From positions 109,554,001 to 109,618,000 of the forward strand of contig OX597814.1 of NCBI GenBank assembly GCA_951406725.2: DNA of 64,000 bases. Reading direction: 5' to 3'. The translations under genes and the position numbers were made by a program. The notes below the pieces were generated by a model. It did no database searches and was not told the origin of the DNA. It saw only the letters and a program-made list of their open reading frames with translations. The first letter of the stretch is position 1. Each line of letters opens with the position of its first letter. The stretch is from Octopus vulgaris. Taxonomy: Eukaryota. Of this stretch, positions 12,099-25,914 are shown in pieces.

Positions 12099-12949
12099 GT
12101 GTGTTAATTCAACGAAGGTTTCTTTATTTAAATTTTATTTTTTCAATGCAGTCAACAATGTTTGATGCTTGTAGTGGATGTTCAGCCTCTGATATGCAAA
12201 AAATATTCACTGTGTACCTCTAAACTAGGGGCTAGCAAAATAGTCAGTGTTGACCCTTGCTAGGTCTATGTGGCTATCCAAGTGAATTGATCTTAAACAT
12301 TCTACTTATTCTCAACAACTAAAACCTTTAAAGTACCCAGGTCCTGGCAGTGTCTTTATTCAACAAAGGTTTGTCAATCAGATTCGCTACACTCACGGAG
12401 TGGTTGGCGTTAGGAAGGGCGTCCAGCTGTAGAAACACTGCCAGTTCAGACTGGAGCCTGGTGCAGCCTCCTGGCTTCCCAGACCCCGGTCAAACCGTCC
12501 AACCCATGCTAGCATGGAAAACGGACGTTAAATGATGATGATGATGATGATACCTTTTTTTTTATATTGCTTTCCAATTTTCTTATCTTTTTCATGTTGT
12601 CTTGAGTAATTAATATCAGTAACAGCCACTCTGCCTCTCATAATACAAACAGGTTAACTTGTTTTTTTTCTCAGAAGTTGTGTCTGTCTTAAAGAGAAGT
12701 CCTTTCTTTTCAAATACAGTTTTTACTGTATTGTGAATAGGTTTGTTGTAATGAGGGATCAACGGAAAGTGTAAACCCTTGCTTCTGGAAACTTTATAAA
12801 GGTTTTAAATTGTAAATTACTATAAATTAATTAACCATCTTTAATTTTTAGTACCTAATGATTACTTATAATTCTGTTTAAGAATGGCAACCAGTTCAAT
12901 AGTAATAGTGGGGAAAGGAGTTCGGAAAATTCACAAAATCTGAGTTTTT

Positions 12950-13362
12950 CCTTTACTCTTTTACTTGTTTCAGTCATGTGACTGTGGCCATGCTGGAGTA
13001 CCTCCTTTAGTCAAGCAAATCAACCCCAGGACTTATTCTTTGTAAGCCTGGTACTTATTCTATTGGTCTCTTTTGCTAAACCGCTAAGTTACGGGGACGT
13101 AAACACACCAGCATCAGTTGTCAAGCAATGATGCGGGGTGGACAAACAGACACACAAATACACACACACACATATATATATACATATACATATACATATA
13201 TACGACGGGCTTCTTTCAGTTTCCATCTACTAAATCCACTCACAAGGCTTTGGTCGGCCCGAGGCTATAGTAGAAGACACTTGCCCAAGGTGCCATGCAG
13301 TGGGACTGAACCTGGAACCATGTGGCTGGTAAGCAAGCTACTTACCACACAGCCACTCCTAC
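12950..13362 (-). mobile_element. tRNA-derived SINE family B (ggagtggctgtgtggtaag head, internal CA/TA microsatellite)
   Basis: tRNA-like head and ccttgggcaagt core. Copies at about 21730-22276, 22550-22730, 24130-24640, 28985-29360, 38860-39280, 40960-41200, 45415-45890, 55075-55230, 55930-56290, 62800-62962. Confidence 0.85.
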
Positions 13363-13365
13363 ACC

Positions 13366-13530
13366 TTCATAACTTTTAGGAAAATGGGGTTTTTTCAATG
13401 AAATTTTATACAAATACCTTTCAAACAGCATATATTACAATTATAAACTAATTTGTGGGGTAAATCTTTTCCCAGGGGTGGGGAGAGGACTTTGGAAAAT
13501 TCACAAATTCGAGTTTTTCCCTCATAACTG

Positions 13531-13583
<53 letters not shown>

Positions 13584-13692
13584 GTGTATGTGTGCGTATG
13601 TATATATATATGTAAATATGTATGTATATAATACATATATATATAATATATTTATGTATGTATGTATGTATGTATGTATCTATCTATCTATC

Positions 13693-13758
<66 letters not shown>

Positions 13759-14400
13759 GACAGATAAAGTAATAATGACTGCATGAGAATAACGACGAAG
13801 GGTTAAAAAGCATAAAAATAATTGAAAATGAAACAAAATTGAAGGCAAAACACTAAAAATTATTGAAAGTGGGTAGAAATAAACACTAAGTAATGTAGTA
13901 GTACTATGCTAGGGTATCTGTAGAAAATTGAATGGGATTTCGGAATATAACAATGTAAAATTCGGATCTTGGGAATTTTCTGAAAGTCCGCTCCCCACCT
14001 CAAGATTCTCCCCACTAATTTCTTTATAATCGTAATGTGCGTCAGTTGAAAGGTATTTATATAAAATTTCATTGAAAAAAAAAACGCCATTTTCCTAAAA
14101 GTTAGGAATTTGTGAATTTTGAGTGGTTAATTTTCTGAACTCCTCTCCCCACCCCATTGGAAAAAGTTTTCCACACAAATTTCTTTATAATCGTAATATA
14201 TGCCGTTTGAAATGTATTTCTATAAAATTTCATTGAAAAAACCCCATTTTCTTAAAAGTTATGAGGGAAAAACTCAGATTTTGTGAATTTTCTGAACTCC
14301 TCTCCCCACCCCATTGGAAAAATTTTTCCACACAAATTTCTTTATAATCGTAATATATGCCGTTTGAAATGTATTTCTATAAAATTTCATTGAAAAAAAA
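13366..14400. repeat. ~150-160-bp unit repeated in tandem and inverted around a microsatellite core
   Basis: Units start near 13975, 14130 and 14288 (ttctgaactcctctccccacc...). A reverse-complement unit lies at 13366-13528. Confidence 0.65.
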
Positions 14401-14607
14401 GCTCATTTCAATAAACTGTCCATCACTTAACTTTTGGCACCCTTTTTAGAGTTGCTTTGTATTATTGCTAAAATGAAGAAAACATTTCCTGCCCTTTATT
14501 TTCAACACATTTTCTCCCCCATTTGTGCTCATCACATTTACAACAGGACAAAAACATTCAGATGTCTTCTCTGCTTTTTTTCTTCTCCCATCCTTTCCCC
14601 CATTCAG

Positions 14608-14711
14608 TTTCGTTATTTCATTTATAAAGCAGCATCTCCTTTAAAACATTTGACCCGAATGGATATTGGCATTTTTTGTTTTTGCCTTCTGAAGTACTTC
14701 AGCATTCAAAA
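14608..14711 (+). CDS. candidate exon FRYFIYKAASPLKHLTRMDIGIFCFCLLKYFSIQ
   Basis: Strong pyrimidine tract tcttctcccatcctttcccccattcag, open in phase 0, donor AA|GTAACT. Confidence 0.25.
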
Positions 14712-15411
14712 GTAACTTGTATTTGGAAGTGAAGTGCTAATTGTATGTATGTGTGTATGTATGTATGTATGTATGTATGTATGTATGTATGTATGTACGT
14801 ACGTACGTACATACGTATGTATGTATGTATGTATGTATGTATGTATGTATGTATGTATATACACATGTATGTATTATGTACGTACATACGTATGCATGTA
14901 CGTATGCATGTATGTATGTATGTATGTCGTTATTCAGTTTACTTCAAAATTTTTTTACCAATAGAGAAAGAACCAGTTTCTAACCTAGATCCAAGGTTCC
15001 TTCATTGGAATTTCAACATCAACAACTGGGTATTTTTGTATGTATGTATGTGGAAATTTGTATGTTTTATCTATGTATTCTCATGCATCATCATCATCAT
15101 CACCATCGTTTAACGTCCGCTTTCCATGCAGGCATGGATTGGATGGTTTGACTGAGGACTGGCAAGCCAGAAGGCTGCACCAGGCTCCAATCTGATCTGG
15201 CAAAGTTTCTACAGCTGGATGCCCTTCCTAATGCCAACCACTACAAGAGTGTAGTGGGTGCTTTTTACATTCCACCAGCATGGGAGCCAATCAGGTGGCG
15301 CTGGTAATGACCATGCTCAAATGGTGCTTTTTACGTGCTACTGGCATGGGAGCCAGTCAGGCAACACTGTAAATGATCATGATCGAATGGCGCTTTTTAC
15401 ATGCCACCAGT

Positions 15412-18265
15412 TGGGGTGCTGGATGGACCATAGGCTTTTGTGTGCTAAGGTGAATTCTGTTGCCAAGCCTAAGGTTAGAGCAAACAAGGACACGTTACCT
15501 AAACGAATCGATGTCAGTAAACTTAAGATTCCGTCAGTACAGAATGAGTTTGTGAGTGAGATAAATAATTTGCCCTGTGAGGAAAATTGTAATTTGTTCA
15601 AAGAGTCAGTCTATGAGATTTGTAGTAACATTCTTGGTTTTGTCATGAAAAAGCACCAGGATTGGTTTGGTGATAATGAGGAAGAAATTGGTCTTATCTT
15701 AGAGGAGAAGCAAAAGGAATTCAACATGTTGTAAAATGCTGACTTTTCAAGGAACAAGGACAATGGTTACACATTTCAAGGCAGTAAAAGCAACAGTACA
15801 GAGGAAGCTGAAGATGATGCAGAAAAATTGGTGGAGTGATAGATGCGATGAAATCTAAGAAGCTTCAAATGCTAATAATTCCAAGCTTTTTTACTCTCTC
15901 TTGAAAAAAGTTTATGGTCCAACTTCATCAATGGTTGCTCCACTTTGAAGCAAGGATGGCACAGAATTATTAAGAAATCCTAAAGATATTGTTGGGAGAT
16001 GGAAAGAGCATTTTGATGAGTTGCTCAATAGATCCACTGAAGTTGATTACTTTGGTCTTGATAATATATCTGGAAGACCAACAAAGCATCCTTTAGCAGA
16101 GGTTCCAAACCTGATGGAAATAAAAGCTGTGATCGGAAAATTGAACAATGGAAAGGCTCCTGATATGGATGGATTAGGTGTAGAGATATAGAAACACGGT
16201 GGTGAACATCTCTATACAATGTTGATTCAGAGGGTTTGATATAGTGGATTCTCAGGATTGGCATGGTGCAATAATGGAGAGACTCTATAAATCAAAAGGT
16301 GGAAAGGATCATCATCATCATCATCATCGTTTAATGTCCGCTTTCCATGCTAGCATGGATTGGACGATTTTGACTGAGGGCTGGTGAACCAGATGGCTGC
16401 ACCAGGCTTCAATCTTGATCAGGCAGAGTTTCTACAGCTGGATGCCCTTCCTAACGCCAACCACTCCGAGAGTGTAGTGGGTGCTTTTTACGAGCCACCG
16501 GCATGGGGGCCAGCCAGGTGGTACTGGCAATGACCTTGCTCGAATCTTTTTACACATACCACTAGCGCAGGTGCCAGTAAGGTGACGTTGGTAACGATCA
16601 CGCTCGAATGGTGCTCTTTTACATGCCATCAGCACGGGGGCCAGCCAGGCGGTACTGACAATGACCTTGCTTGAATCTTTTTACACATGCCACCAGCGCA
16701 GGTGCCAGTAAGGTGACGTTGGTAACGATCACGCTCGAATGGTGCTCTTTTATGTGCCACAGGCATGGAAGCCAGTTGGCTGCTCTGGCAACGATCATGC
16801 TTGGATGGTGCTCTTGGCACCCTACTTGCATGGGCACAAGTGCCAGTAAGGCAACGCTGGTAATGATCACACTCAAATGGTGCCCTTTTATGTGCCACTG
16901 GCATGGAAGCCAGTTAGCCGCTCTGTCAAACGATCACACTCGTATGGTGCTCTTTGCACCCCGCTAGCACGGATGCCAGTCATCAAATTTGATTTTGTTC
17001 CATGGCATCTGTCTGTTAGCTGTCATTAGAAAGGTCCTTTGTAGAGTAATGCTGGATAGATTCTGCACATTGTTGATGACATTCTACCAGAATCACAATG
17101 TGGGTTTAGAGGTAGTAGGAGTTCTATAGATATGATATTTTCAGCTAGACACTTACAAGAGAAGTGCATTGAACAGGATACGGACTTATATAATTGATCT
17201 GACGAAAGTGTTTGATTCTGTCTATAGAGTTGGACTTTGGAAGATCCTGAAAAAGCTAGACTATCCTGAAAAATTTGTGAGAATGCTTAGACAATTTCAT
17301 GACAAGATGGAAGTGAGAGTTAATGTTGGAGGTACCTTCTCAGATGTAATTTCTGTAGAAAATGGTGTAAAACAAGGTGACAGTCCTGCTTTTACATTGT
17401 TTGTTTTGTATTTTGCAATTGTCTTTCAAATAGCTTTTGAAGATTGCACTGAAGGGGTCTGCATAAGATATAGGCCAGTAGGAAAACTTTTCAACCTCAA
17501 AAGACTTTATACCAAAATGAAAGTTCTTCATTCTCTCATCACTGAGTTCTTGTATGCAAATGATTGTGACCTGTTGGCACATTCCCAGGAAGATGTGCAA
17601 CACAGGATAAATGCGATTTCTGCAGCATATACAGCTTTGGGCCTTATAATCAACTTGAAAAACATTTTCTAATCAACCAGCTTGCCCCTTTTAAGCTTTA
17701 TGTAGAATGTTCTATAACTGTGAATGGTCAAAGGTTGGAAGTTGTAACTAAATTCATTTATTTAGGAAGTACTTTGAGCACTGCAGGTCTTGATGATGAA
17801 ATTTCATACAGACTCAGCAAGGCTGGTAGTGCCTTTTGTATGCTTGACAGGTGCCTCTGGTCATGCCATAGTATATTTTTCCAAATTAAAATTAGGGTTT
17901 ATAACACATGTGTCCTGCCATCTTTTCTATATGGAAGTGAGACCTGGGTTGTTTATCCTAGGCATTTAAGGCATTTGGAATGATATCATTGATATTGTCT
18001 TAGGAAAATTCTTGGAATAAATTGGAAAATGGCCATCAGTGATGTGGAGGTAGTTGAGAGAAGTTGTAGTAGAAATGTAGAATCAATGATTCTGCAAAGT
18101 CATTTGAGGTGGGGTGGTCATCTGGTAAGAATCAATGGTGGAAGACTTCTCAAGCAACTTCTGTATTGTGAGCTGGAAGATGTAGGAGACCAAGACATGA
18201 ACTCAAAATGAGGTTCAAGGACTGCCTTTTCAATTGTTGATTGGGAGCGGGAAGCACAAGACCGA
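15412..18265 (+). mobile_element. degenerate RTE/BovB-like LINE, split by a SINE at ~16310-16997
   Basis: CWMDHRLL, HQDWFGDN, IDLTKVFDSV, GVKQG, LYANDC (degenerate YADD), LYGSETW, HLRWGGHLVR. Multiple stops. Confidence 0.92.
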
Positions 18266-18267
18266 GA

Positions 18268-18335
18268 TGTTTGTGTATGTATGTACATGTGTGTGTGTGT
18301 GTGTATGTGTGTGTATGTATGTATGTGTATGTATG

Positions 18336-18369
<34 letters not shown>

Positions 18370-19100
18370 TGCATGTATGTATGTATGCATGTATGTGTGT
18401 ATATGTTTGTGTATGTATGTACGTGTGTGTGTGTATGTGTGTGTATGTATATATGTATGCATGTATGTGTGTATATGTTTGTATATGTATGTATGTGTGT
18501 GTATGTGTGTGTATGTATGTATGTATGTATGTGTGTATGTATGTATGCATGTATGTGTGTATATGTTTGTATATGTATGTATGTGTGTGTATGCATGTGT
18601 ATGTATGTATGTATGTGTATGTGTGTGTATGTATGTATGCATGTATGTGTGTATATGTTTGTGTATGTATGTATGTATGTGTATGTGTGTGTATGTATGC
18701 ATGTATGTGTGTATATGTTTGTGTATGTATGTATGAGTGTGTGCGTGTGTATGTATGTATGTGTATATGTGTGTATGTATGTATGTATGCATGTATGTGT
18801 GTATATGTTTGTGTATGTATGTATGTATGTATGTATGTGTGTGTATGTGTGTGTATGTATGTATGCATGTATGTGTGTATATGTTTGTGTATGTATGTGT
18901 GTGTGTATGCATGTGTATGTATGTATGTGTATGTGTGTGTATGTATGTATGCATGTATGTGTGTATATGTTTGTGTATGTATGTATGTGTGTGTGTATGT
19001 ATGTATGTATGCATGTATGTGTGTATATGTTTGTGTATATATGTATGTGTGTGTGTATGTATGTGTGTATGTGTGTGTATGTATGGATGGATGGATGTAG
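18268..19100. repeat. compound (TATG/TG) microsatellite with higher-order anchor ATGCATGTATGTGTGTATATGTTTGT
   Basis: The anchor recurs roughly every 60-90 bp and accounts for the long His/Thr/Tyr and Cys/Val/Met ORFs. Confidence 0.9.
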
Positions 19101-19610
19101 GTATGCGTATAAACTGATGCCGTATGTATAAGCACACCCACAAACTGTCATAAACTGAACCACACCAACCAACCAACCAACCAACCAACCAGCCAGCCAG
19201 CCAGCCAGCCAACCAATGACTATATACATCATAATTGTTTCGTCTTTATTGATACTTTTAAAACCACATCCCATTGCATGATAGACCGGGATGTGTGAGT
19301 TCAACTAATGCCTGGCAAAAACCATTATTACCCCGTGCATGTAAGGGAAAGCAGGATATTGCAATCACTTAAAATAATATAATAATGAAATTATTGTATA
19401 CAGTGCTCATGTGCACTACAACTTGTCAAAAGTGCGTATGACAAGTCTTGTTTGTCTGTGTTTGCAAAATTACTAGAATATGACTGAATGGATTTTTTAC
19501 CCAGTTTGGCAGAAATAATCATTGGGTGAGTGACTTGAAATGACAAACATTTGGTTTGATTATCTTTAAGGTAAAAAAAATTTTTTTTTAATTGAACTTA
19601 CAAATTTACC

Positions 19611-20310
19611 TATAAGCAAGTAGTCATATTATTTTGTTCACTTTCTTTTTCATATGAATTGGCCCTCGTCTGTGTGTGTATAGATCATGGTATACCTCTG
19701 CCAGTAGACACATGTGCGTACAAACATGCATACACAGATATGCAACTGTATGTGTGTATACATGTGTGTGTGTGTGTTTGTGTGCATGTCTACACTGATG
19801 GATTCAAGGGTTTCATTTATTTATGAGTCGATTTCTTAATTTCACTGGAGTATAAATACTTAAAATGATATTTAAAAAAAATATTTAGAAGCAATTTGGG
19901 TTTGCAAAATTTCCTGATAAGCAAGTGGTCATATAACCTACAATGCCATCATTGAAAGACGTTGAAAGCACTTAGATTCTATGCAATACTCTCTCTAAGT
20001 ATTTCATTTTGTTCACTTTCTTTTTCATATGAATCAACCCTCATCTGCATGTGTATAGATCATAGTGTACCTATGCACGAAAACACGTGCGGCTACATAC
20101 ATACATACATATATCCATCCATCCATACATACATCTATACATAAATACAAACATAGATATGCAGCTGTGGTGTGTGTGTGTGTGTGTGTGTGTTTGAACA
20201 GTGATGGATTCGAGGGTTTCATTTATTTAAGAGTTGATTTCTTTATTTCACTGGAGTATAAATACTTATATATATGTATAAATATGGTGATACTTAAAAA
20301 GAAAAAAATT
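19611..20310. repeat. imperfect local tandem duplication (~300-bp unit)
   Basis: ataagcaagt.gtcatat ... attttgttcactttctttttcatatgaat ... ttcactggagtataaatactta occurs at ~19611-19880 and ~19917-20310. Confidence 0.75.
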
Positions 20311-20428
20311 AATACAGTTCTATAATTGAGAGATGAGGAATTATGTACATTATTTACATTTGACGTAATAGTTTAAGAGCACGGGCTACTAACCCCAAGA
20401 TTCTGAGTTTGATTCCAGACCTGAATGA

Positions 20429-20462
<34 letters not shown>

Positions 20463-20833
20463 GGTGGTGATGATGATGATGATGATGGGAGCATCATAGC
20501 CATGTATTGAGAGGGATTCTTTGGAGTTTGAATAATTCACCTCTGAAAACATGGAAACATGTTTAATATCCTTAAACAACCCTTATTCAGGGGCCTTTTG
20601 AGCAGGATGGGTTACTCGACCAGAAGAAAATTTCAACTGGGCCCCACCTGCAAGGTCATGCACTGTTTATCTTGATATGAGATCACCATGTCGTGCACAT
20701 ATGGTGGTGATGCAGGTGCCTGGTGTACCCTTATCAGATGGGTAGTCATGATGGGTATACTGGGATTCGCATATTTTACCCCTGTGTCACTTTGATGGCA
20801 TGCACTGCTCTCTCACTCAACAACAACAACAAC

Positions 20834-20896
<63 letters not shown>

Positions 20897-20911
20897 GATA
20901 ATAATAATAAT

Positions 20912-21470
20912 CATAAGCGACACCATAACAATATAGCCAGGCTTGACCATAGGACACTTTGCAACAAGTATGGACTTGACAGAGCAAAAAATTGGTACAA
21001 CCACAAACCTGAAGGCATCGTCGAAAATAGAAATGCAAAGATCCTATGGGATTTTATGATTCAGTGTGACCATGAGATAGAGAACAGGAAGCTAGAGAAA
21101 GAAAATAAACTATGCTGGATCATAGATATAGCATGCCCAGCTGACAACAAGGTATGCATTAAGGAAGAAAGAAAAGTCGAGAGATATGACAGGTTAGCTT
21201 GGGAAGTTAAGCAGTTGTGGTCGATGAAAAAGGTAGCAGTAGTATCAAAAATTGTTGAAGCCTTGGGAACAGTGATCAAAAATCTAGAGAAGTATGTGGA
21301 ACAAATAGGGGCTGCAATAAGGGCAAAGCACTTACAGAAAACAGCGCTGCTTGGAACTGCTCAAATACTCCAGAAGGTGCTCGAAAAATAAGGGGTGTTA
21401 CCTTAGTTCACTGGTAGTGAACAGCTGACACTGTAGTACATCTCCAGCATTAGAGGCTGTGCAAAGGCAA
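20912..21470 (+). mobile_element. R4/Dong-clade LINE 3' end (restriction-like endonuclease) embedded in (AAT)n; second copy ~48905-49210
   Basis: RHHNNIARL...WYNHKPEGIVEN...ILWDFMIQCD...WIIDIACPAD...KEERKVERY...LQKTALLGT. Both copies are bounded by (AAT)n. Confidence 0.88.
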
Positions 21471-21974
21471 TGATAATAATAATAATGATAATAATAATAA
21501 TAATAACAACATCGGAAAAATACCTTAGGAATGAGAACCCAGGTTCAAAATTCTTCCAGGACACCTGACAAAGGCTGGAGAAAATATCAGCCGAAACGTT
21601 GTGTTAGCAACAAACAAGATGAGGACAAATATCCGTCAAATGCAAATAATGTAAATAATGTAAAAAAAATTAATTCCTTTCAATTAAAAAACATGGGTAA
21701 GCAATGCATTATAAGCCACACTATAATTTATTCTTTTATTCTTTTATTTGTTTCAATCATTTGACTGTGGCCATGCTGGAGCACCACCTTTAGTCAAGCA
21801 AATTGACCCCAGGACTTATTCTTTATAAGCCTAGTACTTATTCTATCGGTCTCTCTTGCCGAACCGTTAAGTGACAGGGACGTAAACACACCAGTGTCGG
21901 TTGTCAAGCGATGTTGGGGGGACAAACACAGACACACAAACGTACACATACACATACATACATACATACATACA

Positions 21975-22114
<140 letters not shown>

Positions 22115-22726
22115 ATGGGCTTCTTACAGTTTCCGTCTACCAAATCCACTCACAAGGCTTTGGTCAGCCTGGGGCTATAGTAGGAGACACTTGCCTAAGT
22201 TGTCACGCAGTGGGACTGAATCCGGAACCATGTGGTTGGTAAGCAAGCTACTTACCACACAGCCACTCCTGTGCCTGCAAAAACTTTCATCTGCATTCAG
22301 GGTATGCATCATTCCTCCAAAGCCTTTCTGTTAACATTATGTTTATGTAATTTCTCTTTATTATTGCTCATCAATGTTAGTGACAACGCAAAAAACAGAG
22401 ATGGTCATTGACACTTCCACATTGATTGTCACAATTTTCCACTCACTCTTTTAATTAACACCCACGTATTTATATAACACTCATGTATCCTGTTTTTCAT
22501 TACTATTATGATTCAAAAGGCAGCAATTTGCTAGAATCATTAGCATACAGGCGTAGGAGTGGCTGTGTGGTAAGAACCATGCTTCCCAACCACATAGTTC
22601 CGGGTTCAGTCCCACTGCGTGGCACCTTTGGGCAAGTGTCTTCTACTATAGCCTTGGGTTGACCAAAACCTTGTGAGTGGATTTGGTAGACATAAACTGA
22701 AAGAAGCCTGTTGTAACTGAAAGAAG

Positions 22727-22765
<39 letters not shown>

Positions 22766-24889
22766 ATGTGTGTGTGTGTGTGTGGAGGCTCGTAGCTTAG
22801 TGGTTAAGGTGTCAGCATCATGATAGTAGAATTGTGGTTTTGATTCGTGGACCGGGCGACGCGTTGTATTCTTAAGCAAAACACTTAATTTCACGTTGCT
22901 CCAGTCCACTCAGCTGGCAAAAATGAGTAATGCTGCGATAGACTAACGTCCTGTTCAGCTGGGGAACACATATGCCATAAAAACCAGGAAACCTGGCCCA
23001 TGAATCTGGCTAGGCTTTAAAAGGGCACATTTATTTATTATATATATATATATATTACAGTTTGTTGATCAAGCTTTTAAAGAGATTAGTGCACTTCAGA
23101 AGAGAACCTAGAAGACTGTGTCACGGGACCTTATCAGAAGGCTGCAATTGGTTGGTTTACACATTGGCATGAAATAAAGTAAGAGACAAACTGCACCAAA
23201 ACCAACCAATCGGAGTAGTGGACACAACTGGGCCTGAGCAGCTGAAGGCCAACTGTCATCCACCACATCCGCACTTGTATCACATATCTCAGAGAGAGAG
23301 GATGTATTTCACTACAAACTCAATCTATGTAAAAGATGACAAAAAATATTCAGTATTAAATACTGTGAAGTGGTTGGGTTAAGAAGGGCTTCCAGTCGTG
23401 GAAGCCAAGTGAAAGCAGACAACAGAGCATAATGCTGTCTTCAAATCAGTTGGATGCTGTCAAATTGTCCAACCCATGTGGCCGCCATCGCCGTCGCTTA
23501 ACATCCGCCTTCCTTGCTGACATGGATGGGATGGGTTCACAAGAGCCGACCAAATAGAAGCCTGCACCGGATTTCTGTGACTATTTTGGCAGGATTTTTA
23601 CAGCTGGATTCCCTTCCTAATACCTACCATTCAGCAGAGTGGACTTAGTGCTTTTAATATGGTACAAGCACAGGTGAAGCCAGTTGTGCTTTTTTATATG
23701 GCACATGCACAGGTGAGGTCAGTTTTGGCAAGGTTTTCACAGCTGGATGCCCTTCCGAATACCAACCACTTTACAGTGTGGACTGGGTGCTTTTAAGTGG
23801 CACCTGCACTGACAAGGTCACCAAGTACTTTGCAAGACAAAAACTGTTAAGAAGGGAAGAGGCATTGGAGGAGGAGATGAGGAAAAAGTTGTAGTGAGAC
23901 AGATGCAGGAAGTACAAGGTTACCCGGCCGGAGAGAGAGATCCTTTGTTTCTATTGCTGATGATGATAATGATGATGGTATTGATGATGATGATGATGCT
24001 AATTGTCCAGAATTATAATAACATGAAATATCAAACCTCAATATTTGCAACATAATCAACAAAGATCCACAGAAATTAGCACCAATGGAGGTCATCCTGA
24101 AAGACTACAAAGCAAATTCCTTCGTCTTTCTTTTTTCTTTTACTTGCTTCAATCATTTAGACTCTGGCCATGCTGGGGTACCACCTGGAGGAATTTTTGT
24201 CAAACTCATTAACTCCAGTACTTATTGTTTTAAGTCTAATACTTGTTTTATTGGTTTCCTTTTTGCTGAACTGCTAAGTTACAGAGACATAAACACACCA
24301 ATGCTGATTGTCAAGCAGTGGTGGGGGACAAACCCAGACACACACATGCACGCACACACACACACACACACACACATCCTTTTGCCAAACCACTAAGTTA
24401 CAAGGATGTAAACAAACACTTGTTATTAAGCAGTGGTGGGAGACAAACACAGACATGCATGTGCGCATGTGTGCATGCATGCGTGCACACACACACACAT
24501 AATAGGCTTCTTCCAGTTTCCATCTACCAAATCCACTCACAAAGCTTTGGTCGGCCTGAGGCTATAGTAGAAGACACTTGCCCAAGGTGTCATGCAGTGG
24601 GACTGAACCTGAAACCATGTGGTTCTTACCACACAGCCACAACTACACAGCAAAAATAAATATTCCCATAAATAAATAAAAATGAAGAGCACCAAAAAAT
24701 AGTGAAGTGATAAGATTACAACAACAAAAGGTTCAATGACATGAAAACGTCCGCTTTCCATGCTGGCATGGGTTGGATGGTTTGACTGAGAACTGGCAAG
24801 CTAGGAGGCTGTCCCAGCCCCCTATTTGATTTAACAAGGTTTCTTCAGCTTGATGCGCTTCCTAATGCCAACCACTCAGAGAATGTAGA

Positions 24890-25530
24890 GGGTGCTTTTT
24901 ACGTGGCACTGGCATGAGGACCAGTCAGACGGGCCTGGCATCGGCCACGTTTGGATAGTGCTTTATACGTGCTACTGGCATGGGAGTCAATTGGGGGTAC
25001 CGGTATCGATCATGTTCAGATGGTGATTTTTATATGCCACCAGCACAGGAGCTAGTCAGGCAGGCCTGGCATCGATCACATTCGGATAGTGCTTTATATG
25101 TGCCACTGGCACAGGGGCCGGTTAGGGGGTACTGGCATCAGTCACGTTTGGATGGTGCTTTTTATGTGCCATTGGCATGGGAGTGAGTCAGGCAGGCCTG
25201 ATATCGATTGCATTCAGATAGTACTTTCTACATGCCACTGGCACAGGAACCAGTCAGTGGGTACTGCCATCAGCCTTGTTTGAATTGTGCTTTATTATGT
25301 GTCACTGGCCAGTCAGGTGGGCCTTACATCAATCACGTTTGGATAGTGCTTTTTACATGCTACCAGCACAGGAGCCAGTCAGAGGGTACTGGCATCAGCC
25401 ACGTTCGGATGGAGCTTTTTACATGCCACCGACACAGGAGCCAGTCAGGTGGCTCTGGCATTGATAATATTCAGATGATGCCTTTTATGTGCCACCAGAA
25501 CGGGAGCCAGTCAAGGGGCACTGGCCACAG
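24890..25530. repeat. ~62-bp minisatellite (about 10 units) inside SINE-like family C
   Basis: Unit gtgctttttacgtgccactggcac.ggagccagtcagg..gg.actggcatc..ccacgttcggat, tandemly repeated. Confidence 0.85.
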
Positions 25531-25914
25531 CTACGATTTTAGTTTTACTTGACTTAACAGGTCTTCTCAAGCATATCATATCACCCAACGCTTCAAGAGT
25601 ACTCTTAAGTGGGCCAGACATACAACACTGGCATCGGCCATGGCTGCGATCTCACTTTAGTTGCCGGGTCTTCTCAATTACAGCATATCTCCATTGTAGA
25701 ATTCAATCCATTAATTTGAAACCCCTCTTAATTTCAACAATGAACTTTATAAACTGATTCACCACCATCAGCTAACTGACCAACAGATTAGTAACTAGTT
25801 GATAAGTGACCACTGAATAAATACAATGACACACTCACAAAGTCCCTCGGTTTTACTTCCTTTTACCTGTACTGAGTAAAGAAATTAGATATCTTTTCAG
25901 TTTAAGCTTAGGAT

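Noticed and set aside
18118-19304. Long ORFs (288-384 aa) rich in H/T/Y/I or C/V/M/Y
   Set aside because: Translations of TG/TATG microsatellite that lacks stop codons in several frames on both strands; not genes.
24890-25530. CRISPR-like regular repeats (also 41625-41965, 58860-59190, 18268-19100)
   Set aside because: Units are contiguous degenerate tandem copies without unique spacers; no cas genes; eukaryotic context.
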